Positions 30,196 through 32,000 of a DNA stretch of 32,000 bases are shown here, one piece after another (position 1 is the stretch's first letter; each line of letters begins with the position of its first letter). The notes beneath the pieces were generated by a model. It saw only the letters and a list, made by a program, of their open reading frames with translations, was not told the DNA's origin and searched no databases. Made by a program: the position numbers and the translations under genes. The DNA comes from Isorropodon fossajaponicum endosymbiont JTNG4 (GTDB lineage: Bacteria; Pseudomonadota; Gammaproteobacteria; PS1; Pseudothioglobaceae). The stretch covers positions 450,001-482,000 of the forward strand of contig NZ_AP013043.1 of the NCBI RefSeq assembly GCF_016592615.1, written 5' to 3'.

Positions 30196-31485
30196 GTGAA
30201 GGTTCTATCCATTCCTGATGTTGCTTTAGAGGCGCTATCTTACGCCAATCCTGCGCGTTATCCATTTTTGCTAGAAAGTGTTAATCACAATGCTAACAAT
30301 CATTTTTCGATATTATTTGCACACCCTGACAAACAAATTGTACTAAACCACTTAGAAGAGTTTGATTTTTTAGACAAACTCACTGCCAGTATTGACACGC
30401 CACTTATTTACAGCGACTTACCCTTTACTGGCGGTTGGTTTGTATATTTGTCTTATGAATTAATTGGGCAAATAGAGCCGACTTTAAGGCGCATAATGCA
30501 CACCAGTGGTCAGCCTATTGCTATTGCTGTGCAAATCCCCACAGCCATTGTTATTGACCATGCCAATCATCAAACTTATTTACTAGACCAATTCGCCAAC
30601 CAACACAGAATAAACCAAGTATTGGCAGATATTGAGCAATTAAAAACCATACCTGAACACAAATTAGCAGGCATTTTATCCTCTGAAGAGGAGGTTAAAT
30701 TTTTATCAGGCGTGGCAAAGAGTCGTGAGTACATTAAAGCAGGGGATGTTTTTCAAGTCAATCTTTCAAGACAGTGGCAATACCACTTAACCAATGACAT
30801 TGCTCCAGCCCAAATTTACCAAGCATTAAAAAAAACCAATCCTGCACCATTTTCTGCACTAGCGCAATTCCAAACGTTTAGTATTATTTCCTCCTCTCCC
30901 GAGCGCCTATTTAGCATAGATGGTAACGTCATACAAACCAGACCCATTGCAGGCACTCACCCACGTGGCACAGGCAGTGAAGACAAACACCTTAAACAAC
31001 AACTCATTAATCACCCTAAAGAACGAGCAGAGCATATTATGCTGCTTGATTTAGAGCGTAATGATTTAGGCAGGGTGTGCGAATACGGCAGTATCAAAGT
31101 TGATGAAATTATGAGACTGGAAAGCTATCCCTTTGTGCACCATATTGTTTCAAACATCAAAGGTAAAATCAAGCCACATACCACCATTAAGCACCTAATC
31201 AGTGCATTATTTCCAGGCGGCACCATCACTGGCTGCCCTAAAATTCGTTGTATGCAAATTATTCAAGAACTTGAACAGATGCCGCGCCAAGCCTATACAG
31301 GATCGCTGGGTTATATTAGTAGTAACGGAAAAATGGATTTTAACATTCTTATTCGTACCATTAGTAAACAAGATAATCTATTAACTTTAAGGGCAGGGGC
31401 AGGCATTGTGTTTGACTCTATTGCCAAACAAGAATTGCAAGAAACCAAGCATAAAGCCAAGGGCATGCTTCAGATTTTTGTATAA
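30196..31485 (+). CDS. pabB: Aminodeoxychorismate synthase component I (chorismate-binding enzyme family)
   Basis: 429 aa with a GTG start. Chorismate-binding motifs: SSSPERLF, PIAGT.PRG, LFPGGTITGCPK, GSLGY. The short length fits PabB rather than TrpE. Confidence 0.75.
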   Translation: MKVLSIPDVALEALSYANPARYPFLLESVNHNANNHFSILFAHPDKQIVLNHLEEFDFLDKLTASIDTPLIYSDLPFTGGWFVYLSYELIGQIEPTLRRIMHTSGQPIAIAVQIPTAIVIDHANHQTYLLDQFANQHRINQVLADIEQLKTIPEHKLAGILSSEEEVKFLSGVAKSREYIKAGDVFQVNLSRQWQYHLTNDIAPAQIYQALKKTNPAPFSALAQFQTFSIISSSPERLFSIDGNVIQTRPIAGTHPRGTGSEDKHLKQQLINHPKERAEHIMLLDLERNDLGRVCEYGSIKVDEIMRLESYPFVHHIVSNIKGKIKPHTTIKHLISALFPGGTITGCPKIRCMQIIQELEQMPRQAYTGSLGYISSNGKMDFNILIRTISKQDNLLTLRAGAGIVFDSIAKQELQETKHKAKGMLQIFV

Positions 31486-31500
31486 CATTTGAATTCAAAC

Positions 31501-32000
31501 TGCAATGCTCTAACCTACTTGGACACATTTCAAGCCGCTTTTTTCAATTCAGCCATCTTTTGAGCAGGTGTTAAATACCCAATCGCTGAATGAATCCTTT
31601 TGTAATTATACAAGTAGATATAACCCTCTACATTTTGCACGACTTCACTATGATTTGCAAAACTTTGATAATTTAATCTCTCAGTCTTCAGACTTCTAAA
31701 GAAACGCTCCATGACCGCATTATCCCAACAATTACCTCGCCTGCTCATGCTTTGAGTAATGTTGTTCTTGTTGCAATAATCAATAAAAACTTTAGAAGAG
31801 TATTGAGTCCCTTGATCAGAGTGGAACATGTGTTTATTTGTATTGGGCTGGTGTCTAGACACAGCATTACTAAGCGCATCCTTTGCCAACTGAGCATTAG
31901 GCTGTTTTGACAATGCCCAACCAACAACTTGTCTTGAGCCTAAATCCAACACACTGGCTAAATAACTCCCACCTTGATAGGTTTTGATATAGGTAATATC
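31501..32000 (-). mobile_element. Second copy of the IS3-family element, inverted orientation, truncated by the window edge
   Basis: 31501-31527 is identical to the IRL of copy 1. The encoded OrfB C-terminal 140 aa (31530-31952) are identical to copy 1. Confidence 0.9.

Overview
AT-rich (about 35-37 % GC from hand counts of a few lines) gammaproteobacterial chromosome segment. The backbone is intact housekeeping genes: msbA, pyrG, der, yfgM, hisS, glyA, radA, ssb, bamD, spoT, iscX, tolB-pal-cpoB and pabB. Between them lies an unusually high number of inactivated genes. These are a decayed DUF692(MNIO)-DUF2063-DoxX peptide-modification operon, a broken FMN glutamate-synthase-like gene, an M48 lipoprotein peptidase with an in-frame stop, a shattered nrdR, and a metH fragment fused in frame to a cobO fragment. 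There is also a C-rich compositional island carrying the N-terminus of an SpvB/TcB-type toxin, cut off by an IS3-family element. A second copy of that IS, identical over the visible part and in inverted orientation, lies at the right edge of the window. The least explained locus is a tandem trio of small secreted proteins rich in Asn, Trp, Gly, Tyr and Pro (20.8-22.2 kb), each with a signal peptide and sharing an N-x-P-W-G/N motif. I did not recognise a known family; they are candidate envelope or structural proteins, and sulfur-globule-protein-like is only a hypothesis. The single tRNA, Thr(UGU), carries a 6-nt tandem duplication in its D-loop. Gene content and decay pattern fit a host-restricted or recently genome-reducing lineage, possibly a SUP05/thiotrophic-symbiont-like organism, but that taxonomic guess is inference only. 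No CRISPR array, rRNA or recognisable defence system was seen.
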